Shown: in pieces, positions 13,569 to 29,168 of the stretch
How positions within the stretch are numbered: the first letter of the stretch is position 1
Layout of the letters: every line of letters starts with the position of its first letter
Source: the human T2T-CHM13v2.0 reference genome, Homo sapiens
NCBI RefSeq assembly: GCF_009914755.1
Contig: NC_060936.1
DNA length: 64,000 nucleotides
Reading direction: 5' to 3' (one strand)
Program-made: the position numbers and the translations under genes
The notes under the pieces: generated by a model
Told to the model about the DNA's origin: nothing
The model's database searches: none
The model's input: only the letters and a program-made list of their open reading frames with translations

Positions 13569-14924
13569 TGAAAGTGATACTCCTATTTATTTCACCAACC
13601 CTTACTGTTCAACATTTAGGTTTTTGCCATATTTTAATACTTCACCACAGCTGTTATAATCTCCTTTTTGGGAATGTCATTGGACACAATCTTAATTATT
13701 TGCTTGGGATAAAACCCTATAAGCAAGATTGTTCAAAGAGGATATGTTCTGTTAAAGGTGCCTTATTTTTTGAAACTTGGGTGGAGTTGGTGATATCTAG
13801 CACTTCTCTCCTATGATGGATGAAGAGGCAGGAGCTAGGAATAGCTCAGCATTGGGAGTGGCCCAGAATTCTGCGACTGGAGAAAAATAAATGATCAGGC
13901 TCTTTCCCACACACATGTGCATTGGACATTGTCCCAATGCCTATTTTAAATGTTGGAGAACCATAGACCAAGCTAATGCCACAAAAAAACCCAGGAGTTC
14001 TCCAAGTCTGTCTATTAGAAGTGTAAAGGGGTCCCAGTCCCTTCTCTCGAGTGGGTTACTCTGAAGAATTCCACCCGAGCCATCTCTTTCTGAGACTCAC
14101 TCGAGCTTGTGTGTACAAGTATTATTATTGGTTTATTTTTTTAACCAATAAAAATACTGGTAACTGATTTATAACTAAGACACTACCATTCAATTGGTAT
14201 TAGACCCTGGAATCACGTGTCTCCATTCTGACCATTCTCTGTAATTGTTAAAATGCAAAGGAATGTGGAAATATTTATATCCATGAAGTCCTTGGATTCA
14301 GTGCTATGTCAGTAACTGGCCCTAGCATTTTGAAAAAAAAAAAAAAAGGAAAATATATAAAGGAAGATATAGTTCCTAAGGTGGTAAAGTCATCTGGAAC
14401 TTGGACTAATGACATTGTTTTGTTGGAAAGATTTGTTTATATATATAAAAGGAAATGTTGGCTTTCAGTTCATCACATTTCAGGGAACAATGGGTTCTTT
14501 CTTCAAAGTGAAATGTCATCTGTTTTCCTAGAGAAGAGAAGCTGCTGCAGCTGAGCTGGGAAATTAACTGCTAAAATAGCCGGAGAGAAAGAATTGCTGA
14601 TAACTGGGACAGATTAGCTGTTCTAGTCCATCCCATGCCTATTTATTTCCACGCAATTGGTGATGGGGTTTCAGCTCAGTCCTGCATCCCCCTTTTCTTA
14701 CCCCTTTGGCAATACATAACTGCAGGTCCTCAGTGTGGACTCAAGCCCAGTGGTTGGGGAGTTGATTTCTGAATAGAAAAGGCTGTAACCTGGGAACATT
14801 TCCAAATTCACAATTTCATTATATAATTGGATTGACTCTTTTAATTTGTTTCCAGACACTCAAGGTAAGGCTTCACTCAGTTCAAATTTTATGGGATGGT
14901 TTCCGGTTTTGGTCATTCTTTAAC

Positions 14925-15470
14925 TTATTAATTTAGCAAATATATGTTAAACATCTTCTGTGTCCTGGTGGTTGCCAGGGGAAATAAAGGCCAGGCCCTG
15001 TCCTCAAGGGGCTTATAGTCTCAATGAGGAGGCTGACAGTAAATCAGGAGAAAGAAAGAATAATACAATTTCTGGAAGTATCAAGTGTGACCATTTTTAA
15101 AATAAATCAATCAAGGTGAGGGGACAAAGGATATCTGGGAGAAGTGTGTTGTTTTAGACAAAGCATCAAGGAAAGTCCCTCTGAGAAGTAATATTTAAAT
15201 AGAGATCTGAATGAAATAATGAGAGAGTCATGCGGAGATCAGGGGAAACAGCATTCCAGGCAGAGGGCACAGTGAATGCAAAGGGCTGGAGGTGTGAATG
15301 AGTTCAGTGCATTCAAAGAACAGCAGGCAGGCCAGATTCACTGGAATATAAGGCCAGGAAGGCCACCAGGACCAGAAATACAGGACCCTGAAGACTGGTT
15401 TACATTTTACTCAAAGTACAAAGGAAGTTTTAGCGTAGGGGAATCGAATGATGTGGCTACCTTAGAAATG
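14925..15470 (-). mobile_element. L2a fragment
   Basis: gccctgtcctcaaggggcttatagtct and cagcattccaggcagaggg L2 motifs. Confidence 0.8.
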
Positions 15471-16414
15471 TCATTGGGGGTTAGAGGGGCTATGTCCAGC
15501 AGATAGTCACATAGCGAAACTCCATACAGATGATTGGAATCGGATCCATCACGTGCAACAATGTCATAATTTTTTAAAAAAAAAACAGTTTGATTTCTAG
15601 ATGGAGAACTTTACCTTTACTGTGTTTATAAAACTTTTATAAAATTTTTAAAAATGTTAACAAAATGCTCCTAAATGGTTTAATACAATTTTATTATCAT
15701 TAATGAAGCAGAGTTTTGGGGAATTTCCCACATTGCCACATACTATTTAGACTATGCAAATCCTATCCCAAACCCAACTATTCAATATTATGTGTTTTTT
15801 TTTTTTCCATTCAAAACTGACAGAAGAATTTTGAAATGCTCCCTGGACTCCACTCCCCTTCTCCCACATGCACTGAAAGAAAACACACACAGTCTGTTGG
15901 ACTTTCGGACTTATACTCCCAAAAGTGTCATCCCTGTATAGGGGAACATTTGGGATGACAATGAAATTCTTTGAGCAAAAACCTGAAGAGATAAAAATTA
16001 CCCCCAAGTCTAGAGAAAGCACAGACATGGAGAAGAGTGCACAGCAAGGCTGTGGGGCCTCCGTGGATTCCTGCTGCCACCCTGGGGGGCATGTGGACCT
16101 CCGGGAGCTGCTAGCAGAGAACATCCAACAAACACACCTTTCTTAGTCCTGGCTGCATATTAGTGGAGATGGCCCAGGGAAGTTGATGTCTTGAAGGGAT
16201 ACTCACAGTTCATGATTTTGCCATATTTTAAATCTCCACTATAAAATACTAGATTAAGCGGAAATTAATGTAGATTCAAAACAATATGGGCTGAAATATC
16301 TTAGAAGCCTATTGCTTCTGATGTGAAATAGGTACAGGGCTCAGCAGTCCAAGGCTTGTGGTGTGGCTCACAGCATCATCGGGGACCCAGGTTTCTGTCT
16401 TTAGGTATTCCTAT

Positions 16415-16580
16415 GCAGTGATACTTGAATCTTCTGTGCCTCAGTTTTCTCATGGGTAGAATGAGTAAAATAATAAGCCCCACTAACCAGGTTGCTATGA
16501 AGTTAAAATTAGGTTTAATCCAAATAAAATGCTTTTAAGATTGATGTCTAGCAAAACTGATTGTTCAATGAACGCCAGCA
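16415..16580 (+). mobile_element. MIR
   Basis: ctgtgcctcagttttctcat core. Confidence 0.75.
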
Positions 16581-16832
16581 ATCACCATCATCATCCTCCC
16601 CATCATCACTACCATCACTATTGCCATCATCATTACATTTTGTGTAGTCAACTATAAATTTTTTCATTTATAATCACCATCACCATCACCATCATAATTT
16701 TCTTCAACACTATCATCACCATCATCATCACCATCACCACTACCACCATCATCATCACTGCCTTCATCATCACCATCACCGTAACCATCATCACCGTCAC
16801 CACCATCATCATCATCCATCATCATAATCACT
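16580..16832 (+). repeat. Degenerate (CAT/CAC)n trinucleotide repeat
   Basis: Direct inspection; starts at the MIR tail. Confidence 0.9.
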
Positions 16833-17282
16833 ATTTCCATTAAGGCTTAGGAAACATTTATAGTTCTGCACTAATTCTATTTTGATGACAGACTGATTGA
16901 ATAATAAAGTTTCTGACTTGAAGTAATCTTTAGCCCATCTAGTGTAACCCATCCCATATGTAAAAATGTTATTAGTTTGTCTAATAGTTAATCCCATATT
17001 GCTTAAAGCTTTTCTAAAATTGGGAACTCTTTACCTCACAAAAACACCTCTATCATAATTCCCACCTTGATTACTTGCTTGAAATAAATACTAAGAAGTG
17101 AAATTAGGAGGATAAATATGATGCTCCATTCGACCTAAATCCTTATCGTGAAAGTGTTCTTCAAGACACTCTCACTATGCAAGTGCCATTTTAGCATATT
17201 TTACCAACAAAGGAAATTATGTCTAAAAATTATTTGCCAGGCTGAGGAGTAAAACATATCATGTTGAAGTTTTGTTTAGTGT

Positions 17283-17398
17283 TTTTTTAAATTATTTTAT
17301 ATTTTTAGAGACAGGGTCTCACTATGTTGCCTAAGCTGGTCTGGAACTCCTGCCTCAGCCTCAAAGTGCTGGGATTACAGGCGTGAGCCACCACACCC
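17283..17398 (-). mobile_element. Alu monomer (FLAM-like, internally deleted)
   Basis: gagacagggtctcactatgttgcc...ggcgtgagccaccacacc. Confidence 0.85.
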
Positions 17399-18593
17399 TT
17401 TCTAGCGTATTTATTTGTATGACATGCAATATTTTTCTATAATATATATTCCCTACATTATATTATTTTCATTCCTCACTTGCTTATTCGTGACCTTAAC
17501 CTATTTTTAATTGAAGAGTTTGTATTTATATTGGTTGATTTATAAATGTTCTTTGGATACTAAGGATGCAAATGGCTTGTCTTCTGTATTACAATTATTT
17601 CCCCAGGTTTCATTTGCCTTTTAGTTTATTTATAACGAATTTTAATAAACTGAAGTTTTAAAATGTTGTACAGTGGCCTATGTAAGTTCTCCTTTATGGT
17701 TTATTAATTTTCTTTTAGGATAGAAAAACGTTTCATATTTATGTATCAGATAAATATGCACCCTTTATTTTTTGTGTTGATTAAAATGGGTTTGCACAGC
17801 GGTGTAGTAATTTATGAACTTTTGTGTGCTCCTGGTCATCTTTTGCTAGGTCATCGTGTGGTTCTTCTTTTATTTAAGCCACGCCAGGAGGCACTCTGAA
17901 AGAACGGGCTGGTGGACATGGAGAGATGATGGAGGCTCAGAAGCCGCTGTGAGTGTTCCGGGGGAAGCACTGCCTTCTGCGTCCTGCCGCCCCCAGTATT
18001 TCTCCTCCGGCTGACCCTGAGGACTGCGGGGCAGGGAGTGAGGTGGGAGAGAAACGCGAGGATGTCCGCGCCGTGTTTCTCAGGGGCTCTGGGGGATGCC
18101 AAGACTCACAGTGCGTCCAGCTCCCAGCCCAGCCTGAGGCAGGGCAGTAGAGATGCTTCCCTGACCCCTTCAGGTCCCGGGGTTCAGATGCTGAGATGGT
18201 GCCCACACTTTCCTCCCATCCATGCGCTGGAGGGAGCCTCTGAATGTCTCCCACTGCCGCAGTGCATGAAGAAAAGATGATGAGAGAGCTCAGGAGATAC
18301 CCTGGCCGCGAGGGCGCAGTAGTGGTGGAGACAGGCTCAAGGGAAAGACAGCAGCGCCAAGGACCTGGCGCCCACCCCCAATTCCCGGGGCTCTCTAAGA
18401 CCCTGGAGGACCCCCCAACATCCCTGGGCCCTGGGCTGAGAAAACCCTAATGAGAAGTCGATTACATACCTGCCACGTTACGGCAGGAAGATTACAAATG
18501 AAAATGAAGCAATACACAGAAGAATAAAGAGGCATTTCCTGTACATCTGAATGTAGGGGGTCAAGCTTTGTATCCATGAAGTTATTTTATGAA

Positions 18594-18594
<1 letters not shown>

Positions 18595-18624
<30 letters not shown>

Positions 18625-18785
18625 TGTGTTACTCCTTAATTCAGTGAATTTCTGTAAGAGTATAATACAATATAAAGATTTGCCATTTTAAAAAATTAAT
18701 TCCAAATAGATTTATAAGCCAGCTATTTGCCATTTAGAAGTGTGTGTTTGTGAGTGTCTGTGTGTGTGTGTGTGTGTGCGTGTAT
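18595..18785 (+). repeat. Two (TG)n microsatellites (about 18595-18629 and 18740-18784)
   Basis: Direct inspection. Confidence 0.9.
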
Positions 18786-19925
18786 GAGAAAGAGATTTAC
18801 CAGTAATTTAAAATGGCACAGTTATCATGTATCAAATTCTAATGGCATTTTAATAAATTCTGGATCTGTCCTCTCTGGGCATTTTATTCTATACATTACC
18901 TAGTCTCTGTCTTACCATGGACATTACATGGTTGCGGGTAATTGCTGAAATCTTGAAATACGTTTTAGGATTGGGCTACGCTCTTGCCCAATAACTATAC
19001 TCCTGCTGACAATAATTTTCTTCTCAATATCTTCTTGGAATTCTTGCCCATTTGGAAATTTCTTGTCATAACTTTGGTTTTAAGAAATGCTTTAGTAGGT
19101 GGGATTTATACCTTTACTACATTGATCTTATTATGGGATTTATGCCTTTACTATATGGATCTTACAATCCAGGATTACAACATGCTTTGCTATTGATTCA
19201 AGTCTCCTTTTAGTGTCTTCAGTACAGTTTTATAGTTTCATTTATGCAGGTTCTGTACATCACTTCAGGATCTATTACCAGGTAGTGGAATCTTTTGTGT
19301 TTTCTGATTACTTTTATATTTTCATTGTTTGCTTATTGGTTGTGTTGTCATTATATTGGGGAAGAGATAAGGACTGTATCTATTCTAGCAAAGGAACTTC
19401 ACGTCTCTATGCATTTTCTACATATTGGATGAAGCTCTTTTACCAGAGGCCTCATTTCCTGTGATGTTTTGTTTTTTTCAGTAGGGCGTCCACACCATAC
19501 TTTCCGTGTGTTTGGGGCAGACTGGTTTTGTACCATGGTTCCTGCCCTCTCCCTGCCTCAAGGAGGGCCCTCTATATTTAGGAGAGGCCCTGTTCTCAAC
19601 TTATTTAAAATCCTTGCCTCTACAGCTCCCAGACAGTGACTTTTACATGGGGTTGTCCACTGCAGCAAGTGAGAACTCTTCCTCTCCCCTGTATCTCATC
19701 CCCTTGCAAATCAGGACAACCGCTGAGACTGGGCAGAGATTCTCCCATTTTCTTTTCAGAATACTGCACTCCTGACTTTCTGAAGAAAAAATTAAATTCT
19801 GTCCTGGGCCACTTGCTTTGATCTAACCAGGAACTGTGTTTTGAATGGTGAGTGTTGCCACTCCCAGGGCATTAGGAAGTCTGTTAGATTGTTTGTTTGT
19901 TTGTTTTTTAATACTCCTAGAGTGT

Positions 19926-20283
19926 TTATTTTTATTTATTTTTTATTTCCATAGGTTCTTGGAGAACAGGTGGTGTTTGGTTACGAGTTAGTTCTTCAGT
20001 GGCGATTTGGGAGATTTTGGTGCACCCATCACCTGGGCAGTATACATTCAACCCAATTTGTAGTCTTTTATTCCTCACCTCCTTCCCTTTTTTTCCTCCA
20101 GAGTCCCCAAAGTCCATTGTGTCATTCTTATGCCTTTGCGTCCTCATAGCTTGGCTCCCACTTATGAGTGAGAATATATGATGTTTGGTTTTCCATTCCT
20201 GAGTTACTTCACTTAGAGTAACAGTCTCCAGTTCCATCCAGGTTCCTGCAAATGCTATTAATTCATTCCTTTATATGGCTGAG
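19926..20283 (-). mobile_element. L1PB 3' fragment
   Basis: gagtccccaaagtccattgtgtcattcttatgcctttgcg diagnostic; flanking agtgtt repeat. Confidence 0.88.
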
Positions 20284-20631
20284 TGTTAGTTTTTTTTTTT
20301 TTTGCTTGTCACAATGTCTGGAGGGAACTAAAGCGCTTTATTGGATCTTGCCATCCCTGCAATGTGTGGGACAGGCCCGTATGGCAAAGAAACATCCTAT
20401 CCCAAAAGACAATAGTGAACTGTAGAAAAAGAGGTCATTCTGACTGCACTTTAGTCGCAGAAATCATCATAGATTTCAGTACTCAGGTAGCTATGGTTTC
20501 CTAATTTCCTGTTTGGATGTTTCCCTCCCCCCGCCCCTTTTTTTGTTTCCTTTGCTCCTTTTTGGAAAGAACACACAGCGCTGGTAGAGGGCAGTCATTT
20601 TTCTGGGATGAAGTTTTTTTCTTTCCCATAA

Positions 20632-21567
20632 TGAAGTGGCATCATTCATTTGGGGTGATACCTGAGGTTCATTGTCCCATGCCAAGGCAATCAAGGATGC
20701 AAACACACAATGAGTGAGGTTCACAGCAGAAGTTAAACAGACAAAAGAAAGACAAAAGCTCTCTCCTGCAGAGAGAGGGGTCCTGAACAGGTCTTCCAGT
20801 CCATGGTGAAGTGCAGATGGTTCTGCAGATGAGCTTGCGGAGTTAGTGTCTTGTTTACACAGGGCAGGAAAGATTGGTTGGACCAGGTGTGCCATTTGCA
20901 TAGCATGCAAAGAACTGGTTAGCAGTAGGTGTACTGTTTGCATAGGTGAGAAGAAGCTGCCACCCCACCCCAATTTTTTATTATGCGGATGGGGTCTCTA
21001 CCTGGCTGGCGCCATGTTGCCTGTTTCTTTACTGTACACGTGGTGACAAAAGAGAAGATGGAGCCTCTATATCGAACATACTTGGCCCCCAAGTAGCCCC
21101 TTTCTATTGGCACAGCTGCCAGCATTCCCCCATGCAAGCTTCCAGCTTGCTTATCTATGTCTGCAGCTTGATCTTTTTTATTTTACTTTAAATTCTGGGA
21201 TACATGTGAGGAACATGCAGGTTTGTTACATAGATATAACATGCGCCATGGTGGTTTGCTGCACCTGTCAACCCCTCCTTTAGGTTTTAAGCCCCGTGTG
21301 CATAAGGTTTTTGTCGTAATGCTCTCCCTCCCCTTTCCCCCCACCTCCTGACAGGCTCCAGTGTGTGGTGTTCCCCTCCCTGTGTCCATGTGTTCTCATT
21401 GTTCAGCTCCCACTTATGAGTGAGAACACTGCAGCTCTATTTTTCAGGCTGCTCTTTGTTAGAAAAGAAATGATTTGGGGACTGCTTTTTCTTAAAAGGG
21501 AAGCCTTGCTGAGGACTCCTTTACCCTCACTATCTGCCTAAATAATTTCTTTCTAGCTCCTGTATCA
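20632..21567 (-). mobile_element. ERV1 solo LTR (LTR9 family) interrupted by L1
   Basis: Minus strand starts tgatacaggagctagaaagaaattatttaggcagatagtgaggg; TSD ataa/atac. Confidence 0.82.
21174..21428 (-). mobile_element. L1PA 3' fragment inside LTR9
   Basis: L1 3' UTR; TSD ctgcagct(tg/ct)at at 21161 and 21429. Confidence 0.88.
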
Positions 21568-21583
21568 ATACGACTTTTCCATT

Positions 21584-22445
21584 TGTGGTGGTCAGTGTTT
21601 TGCACCAGCTTGAGTGGGCCAGTGTACCCAGCAAGTCAATCAACACTGACCCAGGGGTTGCTATGAATTTATCTCATCGATGTGGCTCACACCTAAGAGT
21701 GGCCCTCCCTTATCTGTGGCTCGCTTTTCATGGTTTCAGTTACTCACTGAAACCATGGTCTGAAAATATTTAGTAAGAAATTCCAGAAATAAACAATTCA
21801 TAAAATTTAAGTTGTACACCGTTCTGAGTAACATAATCAATTCTTGTGATGCCAGGTCCCATCCCATCTGGGACACTAATCATCCCTTTGTCCAGCATAT
21901 CTGCACTGCATACATCACCCAATCATAAGTCATTTAGTGACCTTCCAGGGTTTAAGATCAAAAAACATAGTATCTGTGAAGTTTGGTGCTACCTGCAGTT
22001 TCACGCATCTACTGGGGACCTTGGAATGTACTCCCTGAAGAGAAGGCAGGGGTGGTCACTGTACTTATTTGACTTTAAAGAAAGTAGATTATTCTGGATA
22101 ATCTTAGTGGGCCTGATCCAATCAGCTGAAAGTCTTTAAAAGAGAAACTAAGATTTCCCTGAGGAAGAAAAAATCCCACCTGTGCACAGTAGCATCAGCT
22201 GGGTTTCCCAAGAGCTTCCAGCCTGCTTACTCGCACTACAGATTTCAAACTTGCCAGCCCACAAATATGCAAGCCAATTCTTGAAACAAACCTATCTCCC
22301 CTCCTTCTCTCTTGCTCTCTCAATCTCCTCTCCTTCTCTAGACAGATAGATGGGTATTATATATACACATATATACATATAATTTCTAGATATTTAATTT
22401 CTAGATGATATGTTGGTTCTGTTTCTGGTGGAACCCTGACTGTTG
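21584..22445 (+). mobile_element. ERVL LTR (MLT2D-like) interrupted by MER44
   Basis: gataatcttagtgggcctgatccaatcagctgaa; terminal ttggttctgtttctggtggaaccctgac. Confidence 0.75.
21694..22063 (+). mobile_element. MER44A-like TcMar-Tigger non-autonomous DNA transposon
   Basis: gaaattccagaaataaacaattcata core; degraded TIRs; TA flanks. Confidence 0.8.
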
Positions 22446-23214
22446 CTCCACTTTACACCACGTGGTGTTTCACATGTGTGTGGTGCATGGAGAAGTCTCT
22501 TAGGTGGGAATAAGATTCAAACACCAGTGTGAGAATGCATTTGGCCAAAACTACTCTTGAAACTCCCTTAGGACAGCTGCAGACACCTTTGAGGAGTGCA
22601 ACGTAGCTGCTTTGCTACACTCCAGGATTGAAAGAGTTTAATGATTCCCTGTGAGCAACAGACAATGAGTTGGTTGTATTTTGGGGGTATACAAAGGGCT
22701 ATGTATAGCATTGTTGGGATTACACACAGTTGGACAAAATATTCACAGGGCCAGGTTATTTGAGGACTGAGGAAGTTGAAGGAGCATCAGAGATACAGCT
22801 CCCATCTCATGCCCATCAGGGCTTATGCTCATTAAGTGAGATGGTGCACAAAATTGTCCAAATAATTAAACTTGCTGGCTCTTGGACTGGAACACATAGA
22901 GTAGAATTGGAGTCAGTTCCAGGCACCTGCCATACATCCCCACTGTAGGAACAAAGGGTCTTAAGACACTGGGAGAGGAGAAGTCTGCTCTGAAATTGCC
23001 TGGGAGAAGGTGGTGCAGGTCGCTCCAGGTGGCGAGTTATGAACAGGTGCTCAGCACACTTGAGAAAATGAAAGAATTCTAGTGGTGCCTCCTTTGGATG
23101 AGACCCGAATCTCATGGGTGACCACCGCCTGCTGCAGAAGCCCAGCCTGCTATTCCCCATGCCGTGCTGGACCACATGGTAGTGTCAGAACCGCCAGCCC
23201 ACCGGGATGTCGGT

Positions 23215-23400
23215 GGTGCTAAGAGTTCAGACGCAGCCCCCGTACCACATAGGCATGACGTTTCAGCTTGTCACTTGGTAGCTCTGTGATGTTGTAAAGT
23301 TTCATAGCCCTTCTATGTCTCACTATATTTTTAACCGGTAAAATGGAGGTAATAACGCATGTTTCAAAGGCTCACTGTGAGAGTCAATGAGCCTTTGAAG
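23215..23400 (+). mobile_element. MIR fragment
   Basis: gtaaaatggaggtaataac...tgtgagagtcaatgag. Confidence 0.6.
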
Positions 23401-23767
23401 GACGTACCCTTATTATCCACATTTTCCCGCTATTTCAACCTCCCTGCACCACCCCACAGGGGCGAAGGACATGCCACTCTTTACTCTTCATATCTCTGCT
23501 CCCTTCTCTGGGCCACATTTTCCCTGAGGGTCTGGGCTAACTCACTGTGTGCCCCCAGAGCCCCATATAAGGCCTGGTTCACACAAGGCAGCCAGTAGAT
23601 GTGAATAATAGATATTAATAGAATGGATTAATACAGATTAATGTCTGGCCCCACTTAGAGGATTGGAGGTTTTAAGCAGTAAAAGCCTACCCTAAACTCA
23701 GCTTCCTAGATATGCACATGTCTTGAGACCTTTGGGGCCATTGAAGTTTTGCTTAAGGAAATCCTAA

Positions 23768-24451
23768 ATAGATGCTAGCAAGATTGCAGAGAAAAGGGAA
23801 CACTTACAGACCATTGGTGCGAGTGTAAATTAGTTTAACCATTGTAGAAAGCAGTGTGGCAATTCCTCAAAGAGCTAAAAACAGAACTACCATTCGACCC
23901 AGCAATCCCATTACTTGGTATACAACCAGAGGAATATAAATCATTCCCCCATAAAGAGACATGTGCACAAATGTTCACTGCAGCACTACTCACAATAGCA
24001 AGGACATGGAATCAACCTGAATGGCCATCAATGGTAGACTGGATGAAAAAAATGTGGTAATATACACCATGGAATACTATGCAGCCATAAAAAGAATGAG
24101 CTCATGTCCTTGACAGCAACATGGATTGACCTGGAGGCCACTATCTTTGACAAACGAATGCAGGAACAGACACCAAATACTGCATGTTCTAACTTATGTG
24201 TGGGACCTAAATTATGAGAACACATAGACACATAGAGGGGAACAACAGACAGTGGGACCTACTTGAGGGTGGAGGCTGGGAGGAGGGAGAGAAGCAGAAA
24301 AAGAACTATTGGGTACTAGGCTGAATAATTTGGTGACAAAATAATCTTTATAACAAACCCACAAACCCCCATGACATGGGTTTACCTATATAACAAACCT
24401 GCACATGTACCGCTGAATGTAAAATAAAAGTTAAAATAAAAAAAAAAAAAA
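23768..24451 (+). mobile_element. Older L1PA (about L1PA15/16) 3' fragment with poly(A)
   Basis: ORF 23854-24060 is the ORF2 C-terminus ([12 protein letters not shown]). Confidence 0.9.
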
Positions 24452-24484
24452 GATCGCACCCTGTTTTCCACTGGGCTTGGGGAC

Positions 24485-24843
<359 letters not shown>

Positions 24844-25343
24844 TGATCCTCATTTCTCACTGAACACGATAAACTCAGATTTTAGGAGATTAACCACGAG
24901 GTTCTCCTTTACTATTAAACAGACATACAACACAGGCATATTTCCCAACAGTGGAATATTTTTATTAGAACTCATTAGTTAGTAAAAAAGATTGTTGAAC
25001 AGAGAGGAGATGATGGTTGGAAATGAATACTATTAAAATTAATTATTCCTTGATTTACAGACTATTTCCCTTTTTCATCTGAAGTCTTATAGAATAAATG
25101 GAAAAAGCAAACTTATGACTTTTTCAATGCTGCTGGAAAAAATGACATATAGCAATATGTAATTAACATATAAATAGCCATATGTTATAACACATAACTA
25201 AAATGTTTAAATAAAATATAATTCTTGGAGGAAGTTTGGCAACACAATCACTTACTAAACATAAAAGAAAGTTGCTTGCTCTTCTGTCTTATTGTTAGAA
25301 ACATGACAAAACTTCAAGGACAAGCGCTGTACTTGGAAGATAA

Positions 25344-26813
<1,470 letters not shown>

Positions 26814-27346
26814 AAGAATCAAGGACAATTTCAGACTTTTCAAACTCTTACCTCTAATGAGATCTCCAAATCCACAATGAACTCACTAGAGCATCGTCAA
26901 GGGGCCTGAGCTCCTCCTAAGGAAGCCGGACACCGTCTGGATCATCACCAGGGAGGGAGGTGAATATGTCTGTGATTGGGACAGGGATCTAAAAGAAACA
27001 CAGGTCTCAGGACTGTACCTAAATCTTCCCCATCCTTCCTCTCACAAAAAGGATTGCACTTAGTCCGCTCTGCGTCCAAGACTCAAAAAGCTAACAACAG
27101 GACTATAATGCCACCTTTATTTTCGTTGTTGGCAGGTAGCAAGGACACAATAAGCAGAGGTCTATTTGCAGGTAACACAAATTAGCACAAACAGTGGCTG
27201 TGGCATCTCCGACAAACAGGGTACATGCCCAGAGAAGCTCAGCCTGGGACACAGAAGGAGAGGAAGGTCCCTGCGGGTAGCAGTGACCACTTCAGCACCC
27301 AGGAGGAGCCATGTGCTACTGGCATCACTATTGTCCTTGATCCATC

Positions 27347-27569
27347 TTTTTCTTTTCTTTTATTTTCTTTCTTTTCTTTTTCTTTTTCTTTCTTTTTTTC
27401 TTTTTTTTTTTTTTTTTTTTTTTTGCAGGATCTCACTCTGTCACCCAGGCTGGAGTGCAGTGGCAGGATCATAACTCACTGCAGTCTTGAACTTCTGGAC
27501 TCAAACAATCCTCTCGCGTCAGCCTCTTGAGGAACTAGGACTGCAGGAGTGAACAATGGCACCAGGACC
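27347..27569 (-). mobile_element. Alu monomer (FRAM/AluJ right arm) with long T-rich tail
   Basis: tctcactctgtcacccaggctggagtgcagtgg. Confidence 0.85.
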
Positions 27570-27792
27570 TCGTCTTGACAATTAGGCTTAAGCCTGTTTT
27601 TATGATGAAAAGAGAAACTCCAAGGATATGAAAGAATCTCCCCCATAGATAAATATGTTTTCTCCATTTTATTTTTCCCTCACTGTCTGAAGTACATTCA
27701 TGAATTTTTAGAGCAATAGATAGAGAGGGTTTTACAAAATACCCCCTTTTCCAGTCCAGAGACTCATCAGAGTATGAAAACAAGTGAGAAGT

Positions 27793-27971
27793 GGCTGGGT
27801 ATGGTGGCTCACGCCTGTAATCCCAGTACTTTGGGAGGCCGAGGACCGGCGGATCACTAGGTCAAGAGATCGAGACCATCCTGGCCAACATGGTGAAACC
27901 CCGTCTCTACTAAAATTACAAAAATTAGCTGGGCGTGGTGGTGCACGCCTGTAGTCTCAGCTACTTGGGAG
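27793..27971 (+). mobile_element. AluSc-like element, 3'-truncated
   Basis: ggtcaagagatcgagaccatcctggccaacatgg; ends abruptly at ctacttgggag. Confidence 0.9.
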
Positions 27972-28209
27972 TTTGTTTTGTGAAATGTTAATGCTAGCTT
28001 TCAATCAATTTTATTATATAGCCTTCCCATTTAAAAGAAGTCCTAAAACATGGTCTGTCCTTCAACACGTTTCCTATTAAAATTATACGTGAAACCTGGC
28101 TGTGTTTGATAGGATACCATTTGCTGTGGCTTCCTTCGATTCACAAAGCATGAAGGGTGGCTGAGAACATAACCTTAGAGACTGATGACCTTCTAGGCCA
28201 GTGCTATCC

Positions 28210-28398
28210 ACGTTTAAACAACCAGAGCTCTCGAGAACTCACTCATCATGACAAGCACAGCACCGAATGGATGGTGCTAAACCATCCCTGAAGGATCCAT
28301 CCCCATGACCCAGCCACCACCCATCGGGCCCCACCTCCAACATTGTGGATTACAGTTGAACGTGAGATTTGGGTGGGAATACAGATTCAACCATATCA
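28210..28398 (-). mobile_element. MST (MaLR) LTR fragment
   Basis: gagaactcactcat...gagatttgggtggg...aaccatatca. Confidence 0.8.
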
Positions 28399-28543
28399 AA
28401 TGAATTTAAATTAAATAAAACTGAAACTCATGTTCTCAGTCACACAGTGCTCAGTAGCCAGCTGTGGCTAGTGGCTCATTCACTGGACAGCACAGATGTG
28501 AAACATTTCCATCGTCACAGAAGTTGCTATTGGCCGGTGCTGT
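28399..28543. mobile_element. MER3/MER33-like hAT-Charlie fragment
   Basis: gtgctcagtagccagctgtggctagtggc...aacatttccatcgtcacagaa. Confidence 0.7.
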
Positions 28544-28849
28544 GCCTTCTCCAATCAGCAATAGATCAGAAAACATGTCTGTAAATTTCTTTGCAAAAGA
28601 GTCTTCTTTAGACGCTGCACGGTGACCTTATTTCAAAAGATCATTCATTTTTTATTGCATGTAACTTGAATTCAGTGGTTCACAGTTTTTGACAGTTTTA
28701 TTTGTGTTGCTATGAAATTTATATATTTTTATTCTAGAAAATTTGGAAAACACAAATTAAACTCCCCCCCAAAATCATTAAAATCACCAACTCCTTTGAG
28801 ACTCAGAGGTAAGCACTGTAAAAATTTGGATGTAAATATTTTCAGTGAT

Positions 28850-29168
<319 letters not shown>

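Noticed and set aside
16580-16832. His-rich coding potential of the (CAT/CAC)n tract
   Set aside because: Simple repeat grown from a MIR tail; no ORF or splice context
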